Assembly: GCA_964560765.1 (NCBI GenBank)
Contig: CAZLMG010000012.1
Coordinates: 12,071 to 76,070 of the forward strand
DNA from: an uncultured Oligoflexales bacterium
GTDB taxonomy: Bacteria > Bdellovibrionota_B > Oligoflexia > Oligoflexales > CAZLMG01
Reading direction: 5' to 3'
DNA: 64,000 nt
Shown piece after piece: positions 45,621-54,331 of this stretch. The notes beneath the pieces are model-generated. The model did not search any database. It saw nothing but the letters and a program-made list of their open reading frames with translations, and was not told the origin of the DNA. The position numbers and the translations under genes are program-made. Each line of letters starts with the position of its first letter. Position 1 is the first letter of the stretch.

Positions 45621-46542
45621 AGGATAAAACCTTTTCACCCTGCTCTTGCTGTGCCAGATACGATTCGGGCACGGAGGGAAAGAAATCAACATGCCGGCTT
45701 GGCGGTGAGGTTATGCCGAGAAATTGCCGATAGGCTTGTGTCTGCTTGGCGACGTCATCAGCCACCTGCAAACGCAGGTCATGGGCCTCAGCGATGGCCG
45801 CGTCCAGTGCGACTGCATCGCCCTTGGCGCTGGCGCTAGGATGACCTTTCGCCAGCAGAGCTTCCAACTGAAAGGTGCGCAAGATGGCCTGCAAAGCCGG
45901 ATAATTAGCCACACCAACCAGGTTGTAAGGGTCTAGTTGCTGACTCTTGATAATGTCGGCCGAGTAGCGCAACTCGGCCAATACGGCCCGCGCCTCCGAT
46001 TCCATGGTACCTTGCGGCGTCATCAGATAATTTATCGCGGCCAGCATGGCGGCTGGTCGGTCCAAGGACTTCTGCGCCTGCAGATAGTCGGCGATTTCGA
46101 GCGCGTGCTCCACATGTGCCCGTTCATGCGCCACGGTCATATCTTCGATGTGACGATCGAGAACGAGTAGCGGACGGCCGTTGGCTTGCACGGTAAAGCC
46201 CCCGGCCGAGAAACCTAGCTCTGTGTAGCGCACATCGGCACCCAGCTTCTTGACCAGCAATTCGGTCTCTTGTCGCATCCCGGCACTAAGCCGAGGAAAT
46301 CTCTCGGCCCAATCGGCGCCCTTGGCCAGCACAGCTCCGCCGGTATACTCCGTGACGTCTTGCTGGATGCGCTGCATGACGAACTGGCAGCTCGGCTTGG
46401 GCAACTCGTTTTGGAACTGGATGGGGACAGATTGCAACTGCACAGCGATGCGTGACTCGAGCCACTCGCATTCCCGAACGCTGGCGAACGCGGCGCTCGC
46501 CCAGAGAAAGAGGATGCTGCAAAGAAGTTTTGAAGTCTGCAT
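45535..46542 (-). CDS. Secreted HExxH-motif protein (putative metallopeptidase)
   Basis: Signal peptide (LLCSILFLWASAAFA). A single HERAH motif sits in the sequence VAHERAHVEHALE. The last 86 nt overlap the convergent radical SAM gene. Confidence 0.5.
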   Translation of the reverse strand: MQTSKLLCSILFLWASAAFASVRECEWLESRIAVQLQSVPIQFQNELPKPSCQFVMQRIQQDVTEYTGGAVLAKGADWAERFPRLSAGMRQETELLVKKLGADVRYTELGFSAGGFTVQANGRPLLVLDRHIEDMTVAHERAHVEHALEIADYLQAQKSLDRPAAMLAAINYLMTPQGTMESEARAVLAELRYSADIIKSQQLDPYNLVGVANYPALQAILRTFQLEALLAKGHPSASAKGDAVALDAAIAEAHDLRLQVADDVAKQTQAYRQFLGITSPPSRHVDFFPSVPESYLAQQEQGEKVLSFMRERFAQRPPLHGGGGLPRLRRVPQPR

Positions 46543-46648
46543 GCAATGCCCTCCCTCTAGCTATTTCCATGATGCCGCCTCCCGCCAATGAATCATACCT
46601 GCCCGCGACTCATGATGAAAGGCGCGGCCCACCGCAGGCGAAAAAAAT

Positions 46649-47293
46649 TCAAAGATTTGATAAGGCGATGTCAGGAAACACGCGCCGAAAGATGGTGCGA
46701 ATTCCCTGCACATCATCCGCCTGTGGCTCGGCAAACGACGTGTTACACATGATGGATTGGGGCTGCCCGGGCCGGCAATTGCCACTTTGCCCATCTTGGT
46801 ACGTGTCAGATAGGGCGAAAGCGTGCCCAAACTCATGCAGTAGCACGTTGTAGCTGCCAAAGTACCCATCGCTGGCCATCTTGATCAGCGGTTGCGCCCC
46901 CACTTGCGCTGATGCGTGCACACCTGGAATGACCTGTACCGTCGCATCGCAGGATTCGCCCAGCCGGTGGACGGTCACGTCAGCAGTCAAAGCCACTTGG
47001 CTGATTTCGCGCAATGGCTCCACCCATTGCAAGACCGCACTGCGGATGTTCTCCTCCCACAAGCTCCAGAGCGAAGTGGGCGAACTCACGCCACCCAGAC
47101 AGATGCGAATCTCCGATTGCTGCACCTTGGCCGTCAGACCCTGAACGTTGGGCCCGAAGGTCAGAAAATGAGTTTCCGAGCCAACTCCATCCGAGCCATG
47201 CTCGGAGAGAGCTCCGCAACCGACATTGAGCAGTATCGCCGCAAAAAAAATGACAACAGGGCCTCGAACTCGAGGCAAAAATTGCGAGTCCAT
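46649..47293 (-). CDS. Secreted/lipoprotein Zn metalloprotease (metzincin-like HEFGHAFALSD)
   Basis: ATG at 47293 lies 6 nt after GGAGG. The signal contains a Cys (FFAAILLNVGC), and the motif LLHEFGHAFALSDTY is present. The ORF upstream of 47293 runs through the tandem repeat and is probably not translated. Confidence 0.7.
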   Translation of the reverse strand: MDSQFLPRVRGPVVIFFAAILLNVGCGALSEHGSDGVGSETHFLTFGPNVQGLTAKVQQSEIRICLGGVSSPTSLWSLWEENIRSAVLQWVEPLREISQVALTADVTVHRLGESCDATVQVIPGVHASAQVGAQPLIKMASDGYFGSYNVLLHEFGHAFALSDTYQDGQSGNCRPGQPQSIMCNTSFAEPQADDVQGIRTIFRRVFPDIALSNL

Positions 47294-47357
47294 ATACAAC
47301 CTCCACAACAGCAACAGCGGAAACAACAGCAACAACGGCTGGACTATGGCAAAGGCG

Positions 47358-47412
47358 CACAGTGCGAACACAGTGCGAACACAGTGCGAACACAGTGCGA
47401 ACACAGTGCGAA
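47358..47412. repeat. Five perfect direct copies of the 11-bp unit CACAGTGCGAA
   Basis: Read directly from the sequence: 5 x 11 bp with no mismatch, 65-120 bp upstream of the metalloprotease ATG (47293). Each unit contains the mini-palindrome CAC-A-GTG. Confidence 0.95.
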
Positions 47413-47589
47413 AACCGTAAATTAGGGCCTTTGCTGAGGAACGTCTCCCTAGACGGGAGAATGCTCCCCTGACACGACACGGGATTGGAGAAACTTGGTA
47501 GGTGTAAACATGGGGAACCTCCTCTTGGCGCTACGGAAACAACTTCAGCGTGTAACTCCTCTGGGCTTCAGCCCAGCCCAACTTTAATG

Positions 47590-47650
47590 TATTTTAAAGA
47601 TTTCATCAATATTATTATTAATTTTATTAAAATGTCGGATAGTTAATATC
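47590..47650. repeat. AT-rich palindromic element A
   Basis: Almost pure A/T. It contains the 13-bp palindrome ATTTTATTAAAAT (47621-47633) and shares TTTTATTAAAAT and TTTCAT..CAATAT with element B at 50185-50258. Confidence 0.7.
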
Positions 47651-49113
47651 TACTGGGCAAAGTTCGCGAGGATTTGCGACAACCCAGACGACCACTCTCG
47701 CTTCAGCATCTGCTCCCAATCAAGATCGGTCGGCGCAAAGAGTTCGCGCCATTCCTGGCGAATGCGCTGGCCCGCCGCCGGCGATGCAGCACCGTAGTGA
47801 AACATCTGATTCTCGCGAATGACCAGATAGAGCGTATAAGCTTGGCTGATTGTATCGCGTAGGCCTCGCAAAAACCGCTTGTCGCCAGATTTTGGCGGCA
47901 TGAGCGTGCCAAACTCCAAAAGCATATTGGTGCATTCTGGCGTCTTGTGTACCGCCTCGGCATACATGCAGACGAAGTCAGCAAAGTCGCCATGCGACGA
48001 GTAGAACGTGCTATCACCGGTGGCTTCGATACCACGACCGACCAGGGAAAATATTCGTTCGATGCGCGCCGCAGCCGTGGCATTTCGTGGCGGATTTGGT
48101 AGCATCTGCATCTCGCGACGACCGAGCCCCGTATGCAGGTCCAGCATCAATACCTGGCGATAGCGCGGTAAGTAGCTATCCAGGACCCGGCGAATGACCG
48201 CATGATGTGGTTCGTAAGCTTGTCCGCCAAAAAAGATCCCCTCAGGATATCGATGCTGCCCTTGGGCTGTCGCTTGGGTCATGCTTCCATCGAGCGCGGC
48301 AGGTAGAACCGGTAAAATCTTTGATGCAAGAAACCAGGCAAAATCCCACCGACCGAATCGCGCCGGAATCTCGGGGTTCAATAGCTCGGCAAATGGATCG
48401 TAGAGTGTGTCATCAATATTCGTAGGAAATGTTGGATTTGTGTACCAATTACGATTCAGATCGACGCGATTCGCCGTGTGCCGAAGTCCATGTTTCATGC
48501 CGTACGCATTGAGGCCGTGCCAGAGCAGAATATCCAGCCCATTTGCCTGCGCCTGCTCGAGTTGCTCCTCCAAGAATTTTGACTGCAGCGCACTGCCCGT
48601 GTATCCCTCGGTCCCGTGCACACCCGACGCGATGATCACTAAGCGGTACTCGCCATTCTGCGGCTGCTGTCCATGAACGGATTTGCCTGCGGCCCGACTG
48701 GGAACAAACAGCATGTCGATGCCAAACTCTCCCCCTCCTGGAGATAGAATCGGCTCAAACCAAAGTTGCGATCCGGGTGTCCGATCCAGAATGCCTTGAG
48801 CTTTAGCCAGAAACTCGCTGCGGCAAGTCTCATAATCGGCACAGAGCCCATTGGTTTCTGCACCGGGAGACGCCGCCAGCGCGCCCGAATGTCCGACGGA
48901 CCAAGAGAAAAGCAAAAGAACTTGCCAGAATCTCAACAAGAATTGTCCCCTGACGATTGGCGGCCACCATACGAGTAAAATCGGCAAGTGTCCAGCTGAC
49001 TCGGGGACAAAAGAAAAACCCGACTGCAGCAGCAATCGGGTTTCTTTAAGGGACGATGGGACATGCGTCGAGGGAGGAACAGAACGGGCCGGGAGGGACC
49101 CGCCTATTCGCAA
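47650..49113 (-). CDS. M14-like zinc carboxypeptidase-fold protein (DUF2817-like)
   Basis: VIIASGVHGTEGYTGS (HxxE zinc motif) and the overall pattern resemble DUF2817 / succinylglutamate-desuccinylase-like proteins. A hydrophobic signal-like segment (FLLRFWQVLLLFSWSVGHSGALA) lies ~55 aa in, so the start is uncertain. The ATG at 49113 overlaps the vWA gene end by 10 nt. Confidence 0.6.
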   Translation of the reverse strand: MRIGGSLPARSVPPSTHVPSSLKETRLLLQSGFSFVPESAGHLPILLVWWPPIVRGQFLLRFWQVLLLFSWSVGHSGALAASPGAETNGLCADYETCRSEFLAKAQGILDRTPGSQLWFEPILSPGGGEFGIDMLFVPSRAAGKSVHGQQPQNGEYRLVIIASGVHGTEGYTGSALQSKFLEEQLEQAQANGLDILLWHGLNAYGMKHGLRHTANRVDLNRNWYTNPTFPTNIDDTLYDPFAELLNPEIPARFGRWDFAWFLASKILPVLPAALDGSMTQATAQGQHRYPEGIFFGGQAYEPHHAVIRRVLDSYLPRYRQVLMLDLHTGLGRREMQMLPNPPRNATAAARIERIFSLVGRGIEATGDSTFYSSHGDFADFVCMYAEAVHKTPECTNMLLEFGTLMPPKSGDKRFLRGLRDTISQAYTLYLVIRENQMFHYGAASPAAGQRIRQEWRELFAPTDLDWEQMLKREWSSGLSQILANFAQ

Positions 49114-50096
49114 CGCACAGTTTCGCTTACAATCTCATCAAGTACCGACTTGAGCGCCGAAGAATCACTGACTTCAATCAGGCGGCGTTCGCACAGGGCA
49201 CCCGCTTGGTCCTGACAGTTCGGATCGCGCTTCGAGGTCATGCGCTGAATCAAACTTGCCGTTTGCACATCACCCATCAAATCGCGCAGGTACTCGTCTA
49301 CGTTTTTATATTGAGCCTTGTCGTACCACGTACCCTGGCCAGCGCTGGTCAGCGAGGTATCGTTGCGGCGCAACCAGGCCATGTGCTCGTTGCGACGATC
49401 TTCCCGAGTCTTCTTGCCGGCAACAAATACGGTGACGACTTCCACACCCAAGCTGCGCAGTTCGTCGGCCAACTTTATGGTAGCCGCTGGGTTACGATCC
49501 GTCGGCTCACCGTCGGTGACCATGACCGCCAAGCGGTTCTTCTTGCCTTTGTCACCCAACTTCACAAACATCTCTTTCGCACTCTTCAGACCGGCACCGT
49601 ACGGTGTAAAGCCCAGGGGCTTACGGGTAAAGGCTAGGCTATTGCTCAAATTACCTTCGGTCTCGGCAACCGTCGCATACCAATTCGGCGTTTCAATATT
49701 GTAGCCTTCGCGGAAATCATTGGCCGAAGGAAAGGAACTAATGCTCAACTCGCTCTTCGACAATTCCGGCTCTTTCTTGCTCGCTGACTTGGAGAAATCT
49801 CGTAGAATGGTGTATGCCGATTTCACCGCCTGCTCGCGATTGGTGGACGACTTACATTCATAGCGTTCAATGGTCCGACCTAGAGCCGCCTCATACGAGC
49901 TGAATGCCGTCGCCCCTGGACAATCCGTTTCCGCATTGGAATTGGAGTTATCGATCAGAAAGGCCACTTGCGCACCGATAGAAGTCTCGGTGTTTTTGCA
50001 CTGCTTGCCTGCTTCTTTGCCGGAAAATTTGGCTTCATTACAGCCGATTGAAAGGAGAACCGGTAGCACTAGAGAAAAACTTAACAGGGACCTCAT
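49104..50096 (-). CDS. von Willebrand factor A (vWA) domain lipoprotein
   Basis: ATG at 50096 follows GGAGGG; lipobox LLSIGC. MIDAS motif DNSNS and a later VTDGEPTD. Confidence 0.75.
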   Translation of the reverse strand: MRSLLSFSLVLPVLLSIGCNEAKFSGKEAGKQCKNTETSIGAQVAFLIDNSNSNAETDCPGATAFSSYEAALGRTIERYECKSSTNREQAVKSAYTILRDFSKSASKKEPELSKSELSISSFPSANDFREGYNIETPNWYATVAETEGNLSNSLAFTRKPLGFTPYGAGLKSAKEMFVKLGDKGKKNRLAVMVTDGEPTDRNPAATIKLADELRSLGVEVVTVFVAGKKTREDRRNEHMAWLRRNDTSLTSAGQGTWYDKAQYKNVDEYLRDLMGDVQTASLIQRMTSKRDPNCQDQAGALCERRLIEVSDSSALKSVLDEIVSETVRCE

Positions 50097-50184
50097 ACTC
50101 GACACCCTCCGCAACAACGTCCGCATAGTCCACAACAACAGCTTTTAGGTCACGTCCCAGGGCCTTCTGGGGCCCTTGCAGCAG

Positions 50185-50258
50185 TTTTATTAAAATATCA
50201 ATACAATGTCAACATATTTTTATAAAAATGTTATATTTTATTGATATTGTTATGAAAT
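50185..50258. repeat. AT-rich nested imperfect palindrome (element B)
   Basis: Perfect 14-bp palindrome ATTTTTATAAAAAT (50216-50229), flanked by ATATCAATA (50195-50203) and TATTGATAT (50239-50247). Outer arms are also largely complementary. It lies between the GT2 stop (50259) and the vWA start (50096). Confidence 0.75.
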
Positions 50259-51251
50259 TTATATGGACGCATAGGATGGATCAAAGCCATTACCGACTGG
50301 ATAGGCATTCGCAAGGTATTCGTCTTTGCTGATCTTCCACGTATGAATGGACGTATCCCGGCGGCGCACCTGTACATAATTGAAGCGATCAATCGACAAA
50401 ATGCGATGGCCCCTGGCAAGGCAAAGGTGCAAAAACTCTACATCCCCTCCCCCCGTGCGATCCGAAAAACGAAGTTCCGGAAACAGGGACCTCTTGAAAA
50501 AGAGCGTGCCCCCAGCGACGTTGCGCCCGTAGGAAAACTCGTGCCCCGGCCGACGCACATACAAGCTTGCATCGTCCTCCATCCAAGTATAGACGCTGGT
50601 TTTGCCAAGAACGCTCGCGTCGGTAAACCGTGTCGCCAGCACAAGGTCGGACAGATAGTTCGGGAAATAGTAGTCATCGTCATCCATCTTCGCCACATAG
50701 TCACCACTGGCCCGAGCTATCGCTTGGTTCAAGGCCTCGCCCAAAGAAACCGCCCCCAAATCCAGCCAAATCACAGCCGGGTGTGCGGCCGCATACCGCT
50801 CCCGAATGACCGGCAGGTCCAGATTCTCAATGTTATTGAAGGCGACAATCAGCTCCTTGTTTTCATAATTCTGCTGGCAGAAACTGCGCATCACGTGCTC
50901 AATCTGCTCCATGCGACAAGTCGGCACAACCGCCGTCACCCTCGGCCGGGAAACCAGCTCATCGCCGATAGCGAACGTGGTTAAATTTGCCGTCTTACGA
51001 AGTGAACATGCATCTTCGCTCATGGCGAAACGAATGGCCACATGTCGCCGTCGCTCCAGCTGCTCACGATCGCCACGAGTGTCTTGACCCGCTATGGACC
51101 GCGGCGTTGCCTTGGGCGTTAGCGGCTGTGGGTGCCGCGTTAAATAACCCAGTAGTCTACGAAGCCCGCGTGCAACGCGGCGAACAGATGGTGGTGCCAT
51201 GCGCTGATAGAATGCGTTGAGCTGACTAATGATGCCTGAATGTGAACTCAT
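50259..51251 (-). CDS. Family 2 glycosyltransferase
   Basis: TAVVPTCRMEQIEHVMRSFCQQNYENKELIVAFNN and an acidic motif YVAKMDDDDYYFPNYL. Confidence 0.8.
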   Translation of the reverse strand: MSSHSGIISQLNAFYQRMAPPSVRRVARGLRRLLGYLTRHPQPLTPKATPRSIAGQDTRGDREQLERRRHVAIRFAMSEDACSLRKTANLTTFAIGDELVSRPRVTAVVPTCRMEQIEHVMRSFCQQNYENKELIVAFNNIENLDLPVIRERYAAAHPAVIWLDLGAVSLGEALNQAIARASGDYVAKMDDDDYYFPNYLSDLVLATRFTDASVLGKTSVYTWMEDDASLYVRRPGHEFSYGRNVAGGTLFFKRSLFPELRFSDRTGGGDVEFLHLCLARGHRILSIDRFNYVQVRRRDTSIHTWKISKDEYLANAYPVGNGFDPSYASI

Positions 51252-52318
51252 GTGCTTCGCCGTTCCGCCGGCCCCAAGATCAACAGCTCATTTGCCGAGA
51301 GATGTTTTTGCAAAGAGCCAACCGATCGAGATGATAACGAACGATCCCTTAAAAGATCCTGAATGGCTCGAAACTCGACTTTACGACGGCGAATCTCATC
51401 CTGACTCCATTGATCATACGCACCTGTATCGCTCACTTCGTTCAGTCGACGAAGCGAGACGATCTGGGAAGAATGATAAATCCTGAGTCCAGAAAACTGG
51501 GCGCGAAAGGCCAGATCCGTATCGGCCGCCGCCAGCAAATCCGAGTAGCCATTGAGTTCCGCAAATGCGGACTTGCGAATCACCATCGCACCATGGGCGA
51601 TAGATCCCTGCGGCGTCATGGCCGTCGATAGACCACTCTGGTGAAAAGGATGCGCTTGCAACTTCTCGTAGAGGAAAGGCGAAGCATGGCGATGATCCAC
51701 AAATTGCTCGCGACATCCGCCAAAAATATCCGCATTTTTTTCCTGGAGCAGCGTTACGGAACGCCAGATGCGATTGGGCATAGATAGGTCATCAGCATCC
51801 TGAACGGCGATAAAATCTGTGCGCAAGTGCGGAAAGGTCCAGTTTGCTAACTTAAACTGTCCAACAGGACGCCGAGAGCGATAAAAATACAGGCGTTCGT
51901 ATCCGGCATAGGAAGCCCGAAACTCGTCTTGGCCGGGAAATTCTCCGTCAAACGCAACGTGCACATGACAGCAGGCAAAGGCCTGATTCAATATCGAATC
52001 AACCGACTCCGCCAAAAACTTAAGATGCGGGGGGTGGCAGGCGATCACGACATCACAGTGAACAATTGGTCGCGGGCCTGCATTCACTGGGCACTCTAAA
52101 TACGGCTCCAATTGGATGACGGGCAGTGGCTGCTGAAACTTCAGGGGGTTCGCAGCCGCTCGCCGGTAGAGCCAGAGCAGCAGCGGTTCTTGAACTGCGG
52201 CTATCCATCGCCCCCACATACGGAGCCCAGCGGTTTTCCAACGATAACTGGCCAAACCCAGTCGGGACCTTGCGAATCCGGCCAGGCGCACGAAATTTTG
52301 AGCTGCAACCGACTGCAT
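51248..52318 (-). CDS. Family 2 glycosyltransferase
   Basis: SVDSILNQ and IAVQDADDLSMPNRI. It overlaps both neighbouring genes by 1-4 nt. Confidence 0.8.
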   Translation of the reverse strand: MQSVAAQNFVRLAGFARSRLGLASYRWKTAGLRMWGRWIAAVQEPLLLWLYRRAAANPLKFQQPLPVIQLEPYLECPVNAGPRPIVHCDVVIACHPPHLKFLAESVDSILNQAFACCHVHVAFDGEFPGQDEFRASYAGYERLYFYRSRRPVGQFKLANWTFPHLRTDFIAVQDADDLSMPNRIWRSVTLLQEKNADIFGGCREQFVDHRHASPFLYEKLQAHPFHQSGLSTAMTPQGSIAHGAMVIRKSAFAELNGYSDLLAAADTDLAFRAQFSGLRIYHSSQIVSLRRLNEVSDTGAYDQWSQDEIRRRKVEFRAIQDLLRDRSLSSRSVGSLQKHLSANELLILGPAERRST

Positions 52319-53559
52319 CAGGCTGAATCTCCCGGCCGACCCTGTCCCTGACCACGCACAATGCGGAAGTCGACACCGCCCATGAGTCCGGGGGTTGGAA
52401 CTCGATTCAACTTGAGATCGATCTTGATGTGTTCTTGCGCCGCCTTTCCTGGTTGCTCCGAGAAAAACGGCTTGAACGTGATCTCATAGGCCTGATCTGT
52501 GAGTATCGACGCATCAAACTCACAAACAACCTGATGCCGACCACGAGTTCCAATGTCGGGAAAGCTCAGACAGCGGCCGCCGATGAAACTCGCCAATGCG
52601 TCAGCTGCCTTGCGCGAAATTCCCACCTCGACCAACAAATGACCGCAAGGGTTCGTAACATTCAAATCCAGCTCAGCGCGCACCACATCCGAACTTTCGT
52701 CATGCTCAAGCCTAACTTCCGCTACGGAAACCGTCGCTTGTAGGGGGTTGCCAATCCTCATCGGATTCAAGATGACTCGCCGTGCAGGCTCATCGCCATC
52801 GGCTTCAGACAGGTATTGCTGAATCGCGGCTTCCGGATCTCCATCAAATCGAATCTCGCCATTGCGCAGATAAATACAGCGATCGCAAACCTTGCGTACG
52901 TGATTCATATTATGCGAAACAAAGAGGACCGTGCGCTGGTCGAGATACTGCTCCAACATGGCGAACGACTTCTTTTTAAAATTTTCGTCCCCAACGGCCA
53001 ATACCTCGTCCAACAGAATGATATCTGGCACCGTCATCAAAGCAGCGACAAAGCCCAAGCGAACTTTCATCCCCGATGAAAATCGGCTCAGCGGTACATC
53101 CAAAAATTGAGTAACTTCAGCCAACTCAGCGATGACACTCACCAGTTTCTTAGCATTCTGGCGAGCGATTCCATGCATGGCACAGGACAACATGATGTTC
53201 TCTCGGGCAGAAAATGTCGGCACAAATGCCGCCCCCAATTCAATCAAACCACCGACTTTGCCTTGAACTGTGACACGGCCCTGCGTGGGATGAGTGACGC
53301 CCTGAACCATTTTTAAAATCGTGCTTTTGCCAGCCCCGTTCCGACCGATGAAGGCGACCCGCTCCCCCGGCTTGATTGTAAAACTAAGTGCGCGCAACGC
53401 CTGAAAATCCGCAGGCCTTTGATGCTTGCGTCCGATCGTCCCATTTTTCAGCGTCGCCACGACATGACGAAAGGAATCAATGGCTCGATTGACATGATAG
53501 GATTTGCTGACCTGATCGAAGACCACAGCTTGCGGCTGCTCGCGCGTGCTAGAATTCAT
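52318..53559 (-). CDS. Polysaccharide ABC exporter ATP-binding protein (Wzt/TagH/KpsT-like) with an extra C-terminal domain
   Basis: Walker A GRNGAGKST, signature FSSGMKVRLGF, Walker B ILLDEVLAVGD. About 190 extra C-terminal residues. The ATG at 53559 overlaps the permease stop. Confidence 0.85.
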   Translation of the reverse strand: MNSSTREQPQAVVFDQVSKSYHVNRAIDSFRHVVATLKNGTIGRKHQRPADFQALRALSFTIKPGERVAFIGRNGAGKSTILKMVQGVTHPTQGRVTVQGKVGGLIELGAAFVPTFSARENIMLSCAMHGIARQNAKKLVSVIAELAEVTQFLDVPLSRFSSGMKVRLGFVAALMTVPDIILLDEVLAVGDENFKKKSFAMLEQYLDQRTVLFVSHNMNHVRKVCDRCIYLRNGEIRFDGDPEAAIQQYLSEADGDEPARRVILNPMRIGNPLQATVSVAEVRLEHDESSDVVRAELDLNVTNPCGHLLVEVGISRKAADALASFIGGRCLSFPDIGTRGRHQVVCEFDASILTDQAYEITFKPFFSEQPGKAAQEHIKIDLKLNRVPTPGLMGGVDFRIVRGQGQGRPGDSA

Positions 53560-54331
53560 CCACAAACCTCTTTTCCAGGCCGTGGAATACCAAGCCCCCC
53601 AGGACGAGTAGCACGGGTGCAACAACCAACATGGGGACCAACAAACTGAAATCTGGAACCTGATTTTGTAAAATGATCTGCCGATAAGCAGCAATCATTC
53701 CCGCCATTGGATTGAAATAGTAGAGATACTTGGCCGGCCCTTCAAAGGGAAATGCAAATACCACGGGGGTGAACCAAAACCACAATGTTCCGAGTGTACC
53801 AACTAAAATACCGACGTCGCGCACAAAGACAAACAGTGATCCTGTCAGCAACATGAGACCCGTCGAAAACACTAGCTGCACGCCCACTAACGGCAGCAGA
53901 AAGAGCCAGGATATCCCGGGAGTCCAACGGTAATAGAGTAGCAGCAGCATGAATGCCAAGGAGGCAAACAGGAAATTAATGAACTCCGTCAGCACCAGTT
54001 TAAAGACGCAAAGCTCCCGGGGAAATGCGAATTTAGAAATGAGAGCTGAGTCTTTGCGGAAAACCTGGGTGCCGTTGACGAAGCAGCGCTTTACCAAATT
54101 CCATGGCAAAACTGCCGCATAGAAAAAGATGGGAAACGGAACGCCATCGGTGCCCGGACGTTCGATCAAGATAAAGACGGCGGACAGGGAGAGAACAAGC
54201 AACAAAGGCTCAATCAACAGCCATGCCATTCCCAAATACGAATTCACAAACTGAGACTTCAAGTCTCTAAGGACGGTTGCCCCAAAGAACTCGCGGAACT
54301 CTGCGTATTTTGTCAAACGAGCATAAGGCAT
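53549..54331 (-). CDS. ABC-2 type polysaccharide exporter permease (Wzm/TagG/KpsM-like)
   Basis: 260 aa with six hydrophobic segments. Typical N-terminus (FREFFGATVLRDLKSQFVNSYLGMAWLLIEP). Confidence 0.8.
   Translation of the reverse strand: MPYARLTKYAEFREFFGATVLRDLKSQFVNSYLGMAWLLIEPLLLVLSLSAVFILIERPGTDGVPFPIFFYAAVLPWNLVKRCFVNGTQVFRKDSALISKFAFPRELCVFKLVLTEFINFLFASLAFMLLLLYYRWTPGISWLFLLPLVGVQLVFSTGLMLLTGSLFVFVRDVGILVGTLGTLWFWFTPVVFAFPFEGPAKYLYYFNPMAGMIAAYRQIILQNQVPDFSLLVPMLVVAPVLLVLGGLVFHGLEKRFVDEF

Noticed and set aside
47358-47420. CACAGTG inside each 11-bp unit equals the V(D)J recombination-signal heptamer, and the array ends in an A-rich CGAAAACCG.
   Set aside because: A heptamer match in a bacterial repeat is expected by chance. 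There is no 12/23-spacer nonamer architecture and no recombinase gene nearby.
47560-47575. Hairpin CTGGGC-TTCA-GCCCAG considered as a terminator for the M14-like gene.
   Set aside because: No U-tract follows it on the minus strand. It may still contribute to RNA structure, but it cannot be called an intrinsic terminator from sequence alone.
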